NCBI GenBank assembly: GCA_039190745.1
Contig: JBCCXZ010000004.1
Location: 55,698 to 119,697 of the forward strand
Direction: 5' to 3'
Length of the DNA stretch: 64,000 nucleotides
Source: Planctomycetota bacterium
Lineage (GTDB): Bacteria; Planctomycetota; Planctomycetia; Pirellulales; Lacipirellulaceae
In this document: piece by piece, positions 9,534-20,929 of the stretch
Layout of the letters: each line of letters opens with the position of its first letter
Position numbering within the stretch: the stretch's first letter is position 1
Made by a program: the position numbers and the translations under genes
The notes under the pieces: model-generated
What the model was told of the DNA's origin: nothing
The model's input: only the letters and a program-made list of their open reading frames with translations
Databases searched by the model: none

Positions 9534-9808
9534 GCGGCAGCGCGGGGCTGCACCAGCTGCGTGGTGCCCTGGATCTCGCGGATGAGTGCAGCGGGGACGC
9601 CCGGGGGCAACGCGGGCTCGGCACGCAGGGCGTCGATCACGTCGCGGAGCTGCTCGCGGTGGGGCTGGCTGGCGTCGAGCAGCAACCACTTCTTGCCGCG
9701 GATGAGGCAATGGCCCCCACCGGCGCCGTCGAGCGCGTCTTCCCGGACCTGGTAACCCACTTGCCGTGCCAGTGCGACCGCCGAAGCGAGCAAAGCGACC
9801 ATCTGCAT
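9530..9808 (-). CDS. Small hypothetical protein
   Basis: Protein-like ORF from ATG 9808 (MQMVALL...GYQVREDALDGAGGGHCLIRGKKWLLLD), convergent with nadD. Confidence 0.6.
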   Translation of the reverse strand: MQMVALLASAVALARQVGYQVREDALDGAGGGHCLIRGKKWLLLDASQPHREQLRDVIDALRAEPALPPGVPAALIREIQGTTQLVQPRAAA

Positions 9809-10079
9809 CTTGCTCTTCCCTATTAGTTTGACACCGTGGGGCGGATTGGGGCGTGCGCGGCGGGGATTGTAGGCCCTTGGGTTTGAGTCGCCCAGCCGAG
9901 TTCGTCGATAGACGGCTAGGGCGGTAACCTCTTCTCCGCAAAGGCTTAACAGCCGCGGATTAGCGAAACACGCGGGAGTGCCAAGGACTGGCAATCTGCG
10001 TTGTGTTTAGCGGTTGAAGCCGCCCGCCCCGCTGCCAGCAGCAAGATCGCCATCGCCCCGCCTAGCGCAAGGACGCACC

Positions 10080-10913
10080 ATGCAAAGCGGCTCCCCGGTA
10101 CCCAGCGACGCCTCCCCGCAGACGCCGTCGCCGGCCGAGCAGGTCCGGATCCTCGAGCAGCAGCTGCGTGAGTCGCAGAGAATGGCGGCGCTAGGCGAGC
10201 TGGTCGGCACCACTACGCACGAATTCAACAACGTGCTGATGACGGTGCTGAACTATGCCAAGCTGGGCCTGCGGAACAAAGACGAGGCTTCGCGAGACAA
10301 GGCCTTCGAAAAGATCCTCGCCGCGGCGCAGCGGGCCGAACGGATCACCAACAGCGTGCTCGGCATCGCGCGGAACCGGTGCGACGACTTCGCACCGACC
10401 GACCTGGTCAAGCTGATCGACGAGTGCCTCGTGCTGCTGGAGCGCGAGATGCGGAAATACCGCGTGAACGTCCACCGCGAGCTGCCAGACGTGCCGCCGG
10501 TGCGTGCGGTGGGCAACCAGGTGCAGCAGGTGCTGCTGAACCTGATGACCAACTCGCGGCAAGCGATGCCCGAGGGCGGCGAACTCACGCTCCGGCTTAG
10601 CCACGACGCAGAGAGCGGCACGGTCGACCTCACGGTACGCGACACGGGCCAGGGCATCCCGCGGGAGAAGCTGCCGCGGATTTTTGACCGCTACTACACC
10701 ACCAAGGCCGGCCCCGACGCCACGGGCAAGGGCGGCACGGGCGTCGGGCTCTCCACCTGCCGCGACATCGTCGAAGCACACCAAGGGCGGATCCGCGTCG
10801 AGAGCACGGTCGGCCGCGGGACGGCGTTCACGGTCCGCCTGCCGGTGTTCAAGACCAACCCCGAAGCGGCCGGCGGCCCGCACGTGAAGCTCGGCGTGCC
10901 CTGCAGCGGCTAG
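10080..10913 (+). CDS. Cytoplasmic histidine kinase (HisKA + HATPase_c, no sensor domain)
   Basis: THEFNNVL H-box, QVLLNLMTN, DTGQGI, GTGVGL. Confidence 0.88.
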   Translation: MQSGSPVPSDASPQTPSPAEQVRILEQQLRESQRMAALGELVGTTTHEFNNVLMTVLNYAKLGLRNKDEASRDKAFEKILAAAQRAERITNSVLGIARNRCDDFAPTDLVKLIDECLVLLEREMRKYRVNVHRELPDVPPVRAVGNQVQQVLLNLMTNSRQAMPEGGELTLRLSHDAESGTVDLTVRDTGQGIPREKLPRIFDRYYTTKAGPDATGKGGTGVGLSTCRDIVEAHQGRIRVESTVGRGTAFTVRLPVFKTNPEAAGGPHVKLGVPCSG

Positions 10914-10928
10914 CCCCTCGGCAATCCG

Positions 10929-11561
10929 CTACAGGTTTCCAGAAGCCCGCTCGCGGATGCGCTCGAGCATCTCCTGCTCCAGCGCGATGTCGCGACCGAT
11001 GGGGATCCACTCCCCGCCGAACCGCAGCTTGCTCACGTCCTGCGAGAGCCGTGGGTCGAGCGAGCTGTCGTTCCGCAGCGTTGCTGCCCCGGCCGTGGCG
11101 CCCTCGGGGCGCGGCAGGTCTTCCAGTTCCTTCTGCACGATCACCTCGACGAGCCAACCGCCCCTGTCGGGGATCACGCGCACCACGGCGCCGCGTCGGA
11201 TGGTCTGCAGCGTGCTCTGCCAGCGGTTGAACCGGCCGACCGAGTCGCGGCGGTGCGGCTCGACGATCGTTGCGCCGATCCGCGGGAACGTGACGATGCT
11301 GCCCTCGGTGATGACGTCGCCGACCAGCTCGACGCGTCGCTCACTCTCGACGCGGAAGAAGTCGTCGACCGAGTCGACGACCTGCTCCCAGGTGAAGTCC
11401 TGGTTGGCGACCGGCACGAACACGGGGTTGGGCCCCGTTGGGACGGTGACCTGCTTCTCGTAGATGGGCAACGCGAACAACGGCCCCACGGCCGGGCCCC
11501 GGCACGCGGCCAGGGCGGCGAGCGCGGCGGTCACGGCGGCGGTTGCGGTCAGGCGGATCAT
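10929..11561 (-). CDS. Putative lipoprotein, hypothetical
   Basis: MIRLTATAAVTAALAALAAC signal peptide/lipobox followed by a globular domain. Confidence 0.7.
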   Translation of the reverse strand: MIRLTATAAVTAALAALAACRGPAVGPLFALPIYEKQVTVPTGPNPVFVPVANQDFTWEQVVDSVDDFFRVESERRVELVGDVITEGSIVTFPRIGATIVEPHRRDSVGRFNRWQSTLQTIRRGAVVRVIPDRGGWLVEVIVQKELEDLPRPEGATAGAATLRNDSSLDPRLSQDVSKLRFGGEWIPIGRDIALEQEMLERIRERASGNL

Positions 11562-11669
11562 GCGCGGCTGCTTGCGGGGAGGAGCTAGAAGCGGCGGGAT
11601 GATCCACGAAACGGCCGCCAGCAACAATACGGATGGCGAAACCGCGGTTCCAGAAACGCTAGCACCAAT

Positions 11670-11707
11670 AAAAACGGGCCGGGCGCCGCGGTGTGGCGCC
11701 CGGCCCG
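11670..11707 (-). terminator. Rho-independent terminator
   Basis: CGGGCCGGGCGCC/GGCGCCCGGCCCG stem followed by a T-run on the minus strand, downstream of 11791-12489. Confidence 0.7.
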
Positions 11708-11790
11708 GCGGGGTGCAAAGCCGCGGCCAAAGTGGCTGGTGTGGCCCCCGTTGCCCGCGGCGGGAGGGAGCCGGCAGTTGGATCGGCGGG

Positions 11791-12489
11791 CTAGTAGACC
11801 CCCACATCGCCATCGACTCCGAGCCTTCGTTTGAGCTGCTCGAACTGTTCGATGTAGTCGTCGTTCGTCGAGTGGACGTGCTCGGCCTCGGTGAGGAACT
11901 TCATGTCCTCGCGGCAGTTCAAGCCCGAGTCGATTAGCGACATCTCGTAGTCGCGGAGCTCTTTGCCGTAGACGATCAGCAGTTTGTGCTCATCGAACTG
12001 CACCTCCTGCGGGAGGCGCGGGTTGAGCACGGCGATACCGGTGCAGCCGTCGTTGGTGAGCAGGTCCTCAAAATCCCACAGGATGCTCTGCAGGATTGGC
12101 ATGTCGATGTGTTCGCGGTACAGGTCGCTGTGGCCTGTGGCCGAGTAGTCGTGGCTGGTTTCGAGCACTACGTCGACGACGCTGCCCAGCGGTTGCAGGA
12201 GGTCCATGAAGGTCTCGAACAGACGCGGCTTGCTGGCCGCGGCCATCACGACCGGCACGCTCGTCTTCGAGGCCTGGTCCTCGTAGGTGTCGTGGCGGAA
12301 GCCTTCGCTGGGCACCACTTCCAACTCATACGAGGGGCGGACCGCGTCGGTCAGTTGAAACCGGCCGTAGCGGCTAATGGCGAGGTGCTCTTCGAGCTGC
12401 TCCTCGGTGAGCTCTTGGAAACCGCGTTGGTCCGCGGCATCGACCTCCTCGTGGAGGGCTGTCCGGAAAAAATTCTTTAGAAACCCCAT
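11791..12489 (-). CDS. Hypothetical protein (acidic, cytoplasmic)
   Basis: ATG start with purine-rich upstream sequence, coding-like composition; no recognised motif. Confidence 0.8.
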   Translation of the reverse strand: MGFLKNFFRTALHEEVDAADQRGFQELTEEQLEEHLAISRYGRFQLTDAVRPSYELEVVPSEGFRHDTYEDQASKTSVPVVMAAASKPRLFETFMDLLQPLGSVVDVVLETSHDYSATGHSDLYREHIDMPILQSILWDFEDLLTNDGCTGIAVLNPRLPQEVQFDEHKLLIVYGKELRDYEMSLIDSGLNCREDMKFLTEAEHVHSTNDDYIEQFEQLKRRLGVDGDVGVY

Positions 12490-12836
12490 CGACCTGTCTC
12501 GGTACTTGCGTTGGTGTGTGTCAGCTTCCGGGGAGGATGCTGGGTCTGGGAGGTCGCCGAGTCGTTCGGTCTACTTGCGGGGCGGGGGCCTGTTTGCGGC
12601 CCCGTGCTTCCCGCACGGTGGCCGCCAGCTTGGCCCTCGTTAACGAAACCTAGGTCACCAGCGGGCGATTTCCGTGAGGGGCTCGGCAGGCGGCCTGAGA
12701 TTCTTCAGCGGCAAAGAGCCCGCGCGGAAAGACCGACACAACCTGCTTGTTGTGGCGTTGGGGCAACGCCGTGAGTGATGCCCCTCGGCGACCGGTGGCA
12801 AAAAAGAAACGGACCGGGCGGCCGCAACGACAACCG

Positions 12837-14093
12837 CTAGGGGGTTACCGCCGAGACGGCCATCCCGCGGCAGAGGGTCGAGACGGCCATCGCCGTGCCG
12901 TACTGCTGGTGGTAGTTGTAGAGCATGAAGTCCCACCAACTGCCGTCCTTCTCCTGCAGCGGCACCAGCAGCCCCGCGAGGCGGCCGTGGTAGCCGGCCC
13001 GCTCTGCCTCGGGCAGCAGGTCGACGCACATCGCGGCGTAGAGGTGCGCGTAGTAGTAGAAGTACCCGGCGATCGCGAAGTGCGACTCGTGCGGGCGCTG
13101 CGTCTTGCGCCCGATGCTCAGCCAGCCGTTGCGGGCGATCAGGCGGTCGAGCCAGGTGCGGAGCACGTCGTCGGTTACCGCCTCGTCGCCGGAGAGCCGC
13201 AGGGCGAGGTTGCACACCTGCGACCGGCCCAAGCTGCCGGCGGGGCGATTGATGCTGTAGCGCGGCCGGAGGACGTGGTGCTCTCCGTAGGCGTAGGCAA
13301 AGTCGGGGAAGCGTTGGCGCTGGATCGAGGCGATCGCCCCGCTCTTCACAGCCGCGGGCGCCCGGACGCCCAGGAGGCGGGCGTCTTCGAGCGCGACCAG
13401 CACGGTGGCCGTGGCAAAACAGTTCGAGTTGCCTGCGGGCCGCTGGGTTCGCCCACGGGAGTCGTAGTACCCCCAGCCGCCGCCGAGGTAACAATCGCTT
13501 GCCAGGCGGTCGACGTGGCGCCGGATGAGCGGCGCGATCGTCTGCTTCTCTTCGGCGGTGAACACACTAGAGCGCTCCATCGCCGCCAGCGCGGAGATGG
13601 TGTAAGCGTGCCCCCACACGCTGTAGAGCGTGTAGCCGAAGCGGTCGGCTCGGAAATCGGGCGCGGCGCGGCGGAGCTCACCGCTGTGCTTCAGGAGCCA
13701 CTCCCCGCCGCGGCGGAGGGCCTTGTCTAAGCGCTCGGCCCGCTCGCCGGAGGCGTGGGGCCTGGCGTCGATCAGCGCTGATACCGCGAGGCCCGTCACC
13801 GCGGTGCGGAAGGCGAAATGGGCATCCGGCAACGGGGCGTACACGCGGTAGTACTTGCCGGTGCTGTGCGTTCCCCATGCACCGCTGGGCAGCTGGGACT
13901 CGATCAGGAAATCGACGCCCCGGTCAACGGCGTCCTGCACGGCCTCCCGTGCCGGAGGGTCTGCGGCGGGCGGCTTGGGGCCCGTGGTGGCAAGCGGGCC
14001 GGGGGCCTCTGCCGTGGCGACGGCAGCGGTCCACGCGGCCAGCACGGTCCAGGCAGTCGTGAAGAGGGCAGCGTTGCTGAGCCGGCGCGGCAT
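12837..14093 (-). CDS. Secreted prenyltransferase/squalene-oxidase repeat (alpha/alpha toroid) protein
   Basis: Signal peptide; AVDRGVDFLIESQLPSGAW, GGWGY, LQEKDGSWWD repeats. Confidence 0.75.
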   Translation of the reverse strand: MPRRLSNAALFTTAWTVLAAWTAAVATAEAPGPLATTGPKPPAADPPAREAVQDAVDRGVDFLIESQLPSGAWGTHSTGKYYRVYAPLPDAHFAFRTAVTGLAVSALIDARPHASGERAERLDKALRRGGEWLLKHSGELRRAAPDFRADRFGYTLYSVWGHAYTISALAAMERSSVFTAEEKQTIAPLIRRHVDRLASDCYLGGGWGYYDSRGRTQRPAGNSNCFATATVLVALEDARLLGVRAPAAVKSGAIASIQRQRFPDFAYAYGEHHVLRPRYSINRPAGSLGRSQVCNLALRLSGDEAVTDDVLRTWLDRLIARNGWLSIGRKTQRPHESHFAIAGYFYYYAHLYAAMCVDLLPEAERAGYHGRLAGLLVPLQEKDGSWWDFMLYNYHQQYGTAMAVSTLCRGMAVSAVTP

Positions 14094-14124
14094 CCGTGTG
14101 GACCGTGATTGAGGGTTGCCCGAA

Positions 14125-15759
14125 CTAGTCTTTTTTCGGCTCTTTTTTCGGCAAAGGTACGACGCGGTCGCCTGCCTCCAGGCCTCGGAGCACCTCGACG
14201 AGCTTGCCTTTTTTACGGCCAGTGCGGACTTCGCGTCGGAGGGGCTTATCGATGCCGTGGTCGATCACGTAGACGAACCGCTCTTCGCCCTCGCCCTCAA
14301 CGATTAAATGCTCGGGGATTACCACAGCAGACTCGTTTTCGTATAGGACGATGTCGGCCTCGCAGGTCATGCCGGCCACCAGCCAGTCGGGGGTTTCATC
14401 GTCGATGGTGATGGTCACCTCGAAATCGCCGCCGACGGGCGCCGCTGCGACTTCGGTCACTTCTCCGGCGATCTCCAGCGCTTCGTCGGCTGCCGGAGCA
14501 ATCACGACCGCTTGCCCGGGGGCGAGCTGCGCGATGTGCTTCTCCGGCGCCGCGACGCGGACCGAAAAGGGGCGTTGCTTGACTATCGTCATCAGCACCG
14601 TGCCCACAGCAACCTTGCCGTGCGGGCGGAGCTTCGATCGCATGCTCTTCACGCCGGTCCACTTGCCGTCGACGCAGCGGCCGTAGTAGGCCACGCCGTC
14701 GGCCGGAGAGCGTATCTCCAGCAGCCCGCGGTCGGCCAGCAGCTTCGCGTGCTCGTCGACGCTCCGAGCCCTCTGCTGGCGGGCCTTCTCGAGCGCGAAC
14801 CGCTCGCGGGTGAGCCCCGTGCCCTGGGCGGCCTGCACTGCTTGAAGGTCGAGCTCCGCCTCCCGCAGCGAGGTTTCAAACTGTTTCTGCCTGCGCGGCA
14901 AGAGCACGCCCAAGGTGTACTCGCGGTTTACTTGTTGCGATTCCAGCACCAGTTCTGCGGTCTCCACTTGGAACCTTTGCCGGCGCAAGACAATCGCCTC
15001 GGTCTCCTCGGTGAGGTCGTCGGCCTCGTACATCTTCTCGAGTTGCTCGAGCTCTTCTCGCTGCGAAGCGAGGCTCTCGCGTGCATCCGCCAAACGGTAG
15101 TCCGCGATCCTCTCGGTAAGCGGGCGTTCGACATCTTTGAACCGGTTGAAGTCGTCCTGTAGTTGATCGAGCCGGCGTTGGGTGGTCTCCAACGCGATGG
15201 CGACGGCCTCTTCCTGCCGGGCCAGTTCCTCTTCGGCTTCGCGGAGCGCGAGCTCGTCGAGTCGGTCTTCGATCGACTTCTTCTCGACGGCCTCCTCATA
15301 GTCGGCGGTGTCGAAGCGTACCAGGACCTCGCCCTCAGAGACCTCTCTGCCGTGCTCGACGGCTTCGAGCACTTTGAAGTCACTCCAGGACTCGGGCCTC
15401 AGGGGCACCTCGACCGAGTCTACGGCCACGAAGACGCCGTCGGCTTCGATCGTGATGCGTAGCGAACGCTCTTCAGCGATAAAGGGCTTGGGCGGCTCGG
15501 GCTCGTCTGGCGAGGATTCCTCTGCGACGGGCTCTTTGACTTTCCGTTCCGGCTCACCGGCGGCTTCGGCGTCCTCCGTATCGGTGTCGGAGTCGGCGGG
15601 TTCCGCCGACTCTTCGGGAGTCTCGCCACTGGTCTCTTCGGGTTCCGCCGCGGTTTCGTTGCGTTCGTCGACAGCGGTTTGCGCGGTCGCCCACGCGAGC
15701 GGCGGGTGGGATGTGAGCACGGCGAGCGTGCAGCAAAGTAGGGCGAGCCGGTTCTTCAT
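14125..15759 (-). CDS. HlyD/RND-type periplasmic adaptor-like protein
   Basis: Signal peptide, lipoyl-like halves (GEVLVRFD, IRSPADG), long coiled coil, C-terminal VEVLRGLEAGDRVV. Confidence 0.8.
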   Translation of the reverse strand: MKNRLALLCCTLAVLTSHPPLAWATAQTAVDERNETAAEPEETSGETPEESAEPADSDTDTEDAEAAGEPERKVKEPVAEESSPDEPEPPKPFIAEERSLRITIEADGVFVAVDSVEVPLRPESWSDFKVLEAVEHGREVSEGEVLVRFDTADYEEAVEKKSIEDRLDELALREAEEELARQEEAVAIALETTQRRLDQLQDDFNRFKDVERPLTERIADYRLADARESLASQREELEQLEKMYEADDLTEETEAIVLRRQRFQVETAELVLESQQVNREYTLGVLLPRRQKQFETSLREAELDLQAVQAAQGTGLTRERFALEKARQQRARSVDEHAKLLADRGLLEIRSPADGVAYYGRCVDGKWTGVKSMRSKLRPHGKVAVGTVLMTIVKQRPFSVRVAAPEKHIAQLAPGQAVVIAPAADEALEIAGEVTEVAAAPVGGDFEVTITIDDETPDWLVAGMTCEADIVLYENESAVVIPEHLIVEGEGEERFVYVIDHGIDKPLRREVRTGRKKGKLVEVLRGLEAGDRVVPLPKKEPKKD

Positions 15760-16062
15760 CGTCGTCTCTCCCGCCGCCGCGATCTCTTGCGGCGCTGGGA
15801 TTCCAAGCCGTGTGGTGTTTTGCAAGTTCCGTCCCCCAGACAAATCGGGGAGGCCTCAACCACTTAGTCTCCGTTTCTTTTCGAAGCGGGGCAAACCGAA
15901 ACGCCGGCGGGGGCTATTCGATCGGTCCCGCCCACTCGGTGCGTGCGGCCCCATTCGATTCAGGTGGCAGAGTCGCTACCATGCGGGCAGACCGCTCGGC
16001 AAGCGGCCGACGCCAGACCCTACCGACCCCGAACCCGACCGACGCAGCAAAGGACGCTCCCC

Positions 16063-16608
16063 GTGAAGATTTACACCAAAACAGGCGACACCGGTACGAC
16101 GGGGCTGCTGGGCGGCGACCGGGTCTCGAAGGACGCCCCGCGGATCGAGGCGTACGGGGCAGTCGACGAGCTGAATGCCGCGTTAGGCGTGGCCCTGGCC
16201 GCATCTCCGCCCGCGGGCATGCCCGAGCTGCTCCTGCGGCTTCAGCATTCTCTGTTCGAAGTCGGCGCCGAGCTGGCCGCGGTCGACCCACTCGCCGCGG
16301 GTACCGCCACGCTGGTCGAGAGCGACATCGAGCACCTCGAGAAAGTCATGGACGAGCTCGACGCGGAGCTCCCCCAGCTGCGTTCGTTCATCTTGCCCGG
16401 CGGCGAGCCGTGCGCTGCGGCGCTCCACCAGGCCCGCTGCGTCTGCCGCCGTGCCGAGCGGACCGTGGTCACGCTCTCGCACGGGTCGCCGGTTCGTCCT
16501 GAGGTGCTGCGGTACTTGAACCGGGTGGGGGACCTGCTGTTTGTGCTCGCCCGCAAAGCGAACGCAGCCGCCGACCGGCCGGACACACCGTGGGAGAAGC
16601 GCGGCTGA
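16063..16608 (+). CDS. Cob(I)alamin adenosyltransferase, PduO type
   Basis: KIYTKTGDTGTT, AYGAVDELNA, FILPGG, RCVCRRAER, YLNR; GTG start. Confidence 0.93.
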   Translation: MKIYTKTGDTGTTGLLGGDRVSKDAPRIEAYGAVDELNAALGVALAASPPAGMPELLLRLQHSLFEVGAELAAVDPLAAGTATLVESDIEHLEKVMDELDAELPQLRSFILPGGEPCAAALHQARCVCRRAERTVVTLSHGSPVRPEVLRYLNRVGDLLFVLARKANAAADRPDTPWEKRG

Positions 16609-16852
16609 GCCGGTTCTCCCGTCTCGGAGGTTTGTTCAGCGGAAACGAGGCAGTTCTGCCTGCTGGCGAGCCTCGGAGAGGGGCCCGGGTGTTCAGCGAA
16701 CGCCCTGCGTCTGCTATTCTTGAGCGGTTGAGAAGTGCCGTGTCCCTTGCGCAGAAGCGTGTACGACCGACACCGGCAGGAACAACGCCCCTGCGGCAAC
16801 TCCACTCTTTAGACGTCCCCACACCAAGAGACCCGTCCGGCCGGGCCAGACC

Positions 16853-17191
16853 ATGAAGAAAATCGAAGCCATCGTCCGCCACTTCAAGCTCGAGGACGTG
16901 AAGAACGCCCTCAGTGAGCAGGGCATCGCCGGCATGACGATCACCGAGGTCCGCGGTTTCGGGCGGCAGAAGGGCCACACCGAAACCTACCGCGGCACCG
17001 AGTACGCGGTGGACTTCGTGCCGAAGGTGAAGGTTGAGATCCTTGCGGACGACGACAACGCCCAAGAGATCATCGACACGGTCATCAACACCGCCAAGAC
17101 GGGGCAGATCGGCGACGGCAAGATCTTTGTCACCGAGCTGAGCGAGACCGTACGCATCCGCACCGGCGAGACCGGCAGCAGTGCCCTCTAA
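16853..17191 (+). CDS. glnB: Nitrogen regulatory protein P-II
   Basis: GFGRQKGHTETYRGTEY (uridylylated Tyr), TGQIGDGKIFV. Confidence 0.97.
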   Translation: MKKIEAIVRHFKLEDVKNALSEQGIAGMTITEVRGFGRQKGHTETYRGTEYAVDFVPKVKVEILADDDNAQEIIDTVINTAKTGQIGDGKIFVTELSETVRIRTGETGSSAL

Positions 17192-19841
17192 GGCGTCCGG
17201 CACCCCCGCGAAGACCGGCGAGGCCGAGCTGGTCGCCCGCCTCCGCGGCGAGCTGGCCGAGGGCCGCCGCGAGATCCGCGTGTTGCACGAGAAAGGCGGC
17301 GAGGCCGAACGGGTGTGCGCCCGCCTTGCCGCGTTGTTCGATACGCTGCTGCTGAGCCTGTTCGAGGCCGCCTGCGACAACTCCCCGGACTCGGCGGGGC
17401 TCAGGCCGCACGTCGCGGTGGTCTGCCTGGGCAGCTACGCACGCCGCCAGTGCGCGCCGTACTCCGACGTCGACCTCATGGTGCTGCACGACACGCGCAG
17501 CGGCGACGACCTCCGGCCGCTCGTCAGCAGCCTCGCCCGCGGGGTGTTCGACACGGGGCTGCAGCTGGGCCACAGCGTCCGCACTCCGGCCGAAGCCGTG
17601 CAGCTCGCCAAACAGGACGCGGTGGTCTGCACCTCGCTGATGGACGCCCGGTTCCTGGCGGGCAACCAGGAGCTGTTCGACGCGTTCCGCCAGGGGTTTC
17701 TCGACGCGGTCAAACGCCGCGGGAAATCGCTCTGCCGCGCGATCCTCGAAGCCCGGCAAGAAGAGCGCGACCAGTACGGCGAGAGCGTCTACCTGCTCCA
17801 GCCGCACGTCAAACGCTCCCGCGGGGGCCTGCGCGACCTGAACCTGCTCCGCTGGCTGGGCGTCATCCAGCACGGCGAGGGCGACCCCGACCGGCTGCAC
17901 GCGCTCTCGGCGCTAACGAATCTGGAGCACCGCCGGATCGTCGCCGCCCGCGGCTTCCTCCTCAGGCTCCGCAACGAGATGCACTTCCACGCCGGCTCGG
18001 CGGCCGACCTGCTCGACCGCGTCGAACAGATCCGCGTGGCGGAGAAGTATGGCCACACGCACCGCGAGGGGCTCCGGGCCGTCGAGCACCTGATGCGCGA
18101 CTACTTCCGTCACACGAACAACGTGTGGCAGACCGTCCGCCGCCGCGAGGCGGCCCTGACGCCGCGATCGCCGGTGCAGCGGGCGCTCGACCCCGTGTTC
18201 GGGCGGCGGGTCGACGGCGAGTTCCGCATCGGTGTGCGTTACATCTCCGCGACCCGCGCCGACGTCGGCCGCATCCCCAAGAACCTCGGGCTCGTGCTGA
18301 GGGCGGTGATGCTCTCGGTCCGCGAGGGCCTGCCGCTGGAGGGCGAGCTCTGGCTCGCGCTGGTCCGAGGCGCCCCGGACGCTCCGGAACGGCCGAACGA
18401 CGAAGAGATTACGGCCTTTCTCGAAGCGGTGGGCGACCAGGCCCTGGCCGGGGGCGTCCTGCGGGGTCTGCACGAGCTGCGCTACCTCAAGCGGTTTGTC
18501 CCCGCGATGCAGCACGCCCGGTGCCTGCTGCAATTCAACCAATACCACAAGTACACCGTCGACGAACACTGCCTGCGGACCGTCGAAGAGTGTACCCGTT
18601 TTCAAGAGCACCCCGGCGTGTTGGGCGAGAGCTACCGGGCGGTGCAGGACCGTCGGGTGCTGCACTTGGCGCTCTTGCTGCACGATCTTGGAAAAGGGTT
18701 TGACGAAGACCACTCCGAAGTCGGCCGGCGACTGGCGGGGGAGACGGCAGAGCACTTGCGGCTGGGGAAGAAAGAAACCGAAGACCTGGTGTTCCTCGTG
18801 CACCAGCATCTGGCGATGTCGCACCTCGCTTTCCGCCGCGACACGAGCGACGCTCGGCTGATCGAGGCGTTCGCCAAGAAGGTCGTCACGGCCGACCGCC
18901 TGCGGATGCTGTTTGTGCTCACTTGTGCCGACTTGGCCGCGGTCGGTCCCGGCGTGCTGAACCAGTGGAAGGTCGACGTGCTCTTGCACCTCTTCCGGCA
19001 GGTGCTGGAGGTGCTCGAAGGCCCCCGCGGCGACGAGTCGGGCGTGCGGCAGGCGGCGTGGAGCCTAGCGGTCGCGCAGCTAAAAACTAGCGAACGCAGC
19101 GACCCCTGGTACATGACGCACGCGGAGCAGTTGCCCATGAGCATCGCCTCCGGCCGGCCGCCGCGCGACGTGGCCGAGCTGCTCCGCCGCGTCCATCGGC
19201 TGGCCCCGCGTTCGGCCGACGCCTGGGGCGGCTACCGCGAAGACACCGGCACGCTGGAGTTCATCGCCGCGGTCGAGTCGGGCGCCGGCCGGGGCGTTTT
19301 CTCCAGCATGGCGGGGGCGCTGACCGCCGCGGGCGCGCAGATCCTAGCCGCCGAGACCGTCGAGATGCCCGAGGGCGCGCTCCTGCTGCGTTACGAGGCG
19401 GCAGACCCCGAGCAGCCCGCCGAACCCCGCACCGAGCGTATCGCAACGATCGCCCGGGCAATGGCCGAGTCGGTCGATTCGCCCGAGCCCCCGCGGTTCG
19501 CGCAGAAGTGGGGCGAGGAGAAGGCCCAGCAGCTCGTGCGGCTGACCGACCTGCCCAACGAAGTGCGGATGCACACCGACGTCTCGGACCAATCGACGGT
19601 GGTCGAGGTCTTCACATTCGACCGCGTCGGCTTGCTCTACAGCCTCGCCCGGCGGCTGCACGACCTGCGTCTGGTGATACGCCACGCCAAGATCGGCACC
19701 TACCTCGACCAGGTGGTCGACGTCTTCTACGTCACCGAGCGGTCGGGCAAAAAGGCGGTCGACCCGGCTCGCCTGGAAGAAATCCGGCAAGCGCTCCTGG
19801 AGGAGATCGAGTCCGCGACAAAGCCGGAGCACGGGGGTTAG
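17181..19841 (+). CDS. glnD: [Protein-PII] uridylyltransferase
   Basis: GSY..PYSDVD nucleotidyltransferase motif, KRSRGGLRD, YHKYTVDEH...LHDLGKG HD domain, C-terminal ACT (DRVGLLY...VDVFYV). Confidence 0.95.
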   Translation: MPSKASGTPAKTGEAELVARLRGELAEGRREIRVLHEKGGEAERVCARLAALFDTLLLSLFEAACDNSPDSAGLRPHVAVVCLGSYARRQCAPYSDVDLMVLHDTRSGDDLRPLVSSLARGVFDTGLQLGHSVRTPAEAVQLAKQDAVVCTSLMDARFLAGNQELFDAFRQGFLDAVKRRGKSLCRAILEARQEERDQYGESVYLLQPHVKRSRGGLRDLNLLRWLGVIQHGEGDPDRLHALSALTNLEHRRIVAARGFLLRLRNEMHFHAGSAADLLDRVEQIRVAEKYGHTHREGLRAVEHLMRDYFRHTNNVWQTVRRREAALTPRSPVQRALDPVFGRRVDGEFRIGVRYISATRADVGRIPKNLGLVLRAVMLSVREGLPLEGELWLALVRGAPDAPERPNDEEITAFLEAVGDQALAGGVLRGLHELRYLKRFVPAMQHARCLLQFNQYHKYTVDEHCLRTVEECTRFQEHPGVLGESYRAVQDRRVLHLALLLHDLGKGFDEDHSEVGRRLAGETAEHLRLGKKETEDLVFLVHQHLAMSHLAFRRDTSDARLIEAFAKKVVTADRLRMLFVLTCADLAAVGPGVLNQWKVDVLLHLFRQVLEVLEGPRGDESGVRQAAWSLAVAQLKTSERSDPWYMTHAEQLPMSIASGRPPRDVAELLRRVHRLAPRSADAWGGYREDTGTLEFIAAVESGAGRGVFSSMAGALTAAGAQILAAETVEMPEGALLLRYEAADPEQPAEPRTERIATIARAMAESVDSPEPPRFAQKWGEEKAQQLVRLTDLPNEVRMHTDVSDQSTVVEVFTFDRVGLLYSLARRLHDLRLVIRHAKIGTYLDQVVDVFYVTERSGKKAVDPARLEEIRQALLEEIESATKPEHGG

Positions 19842-19883
19842 ACTACCGACGTCGCGGCGCCCGCCAGGCGAGGGAAATACAAC

Positions 19884-20894
<1,011 letters not shown>

Positions 20895-20929
20895 GCCCAG
20901 TCCGATGCGGCCCGGTGAAGATAGATCGC

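Noticed and set aside
16733..16752. Sigma-54 promoter upstream of glnB
   Set aside because: TTGC is present but the invariant GG at -24 is missing (TGCC).
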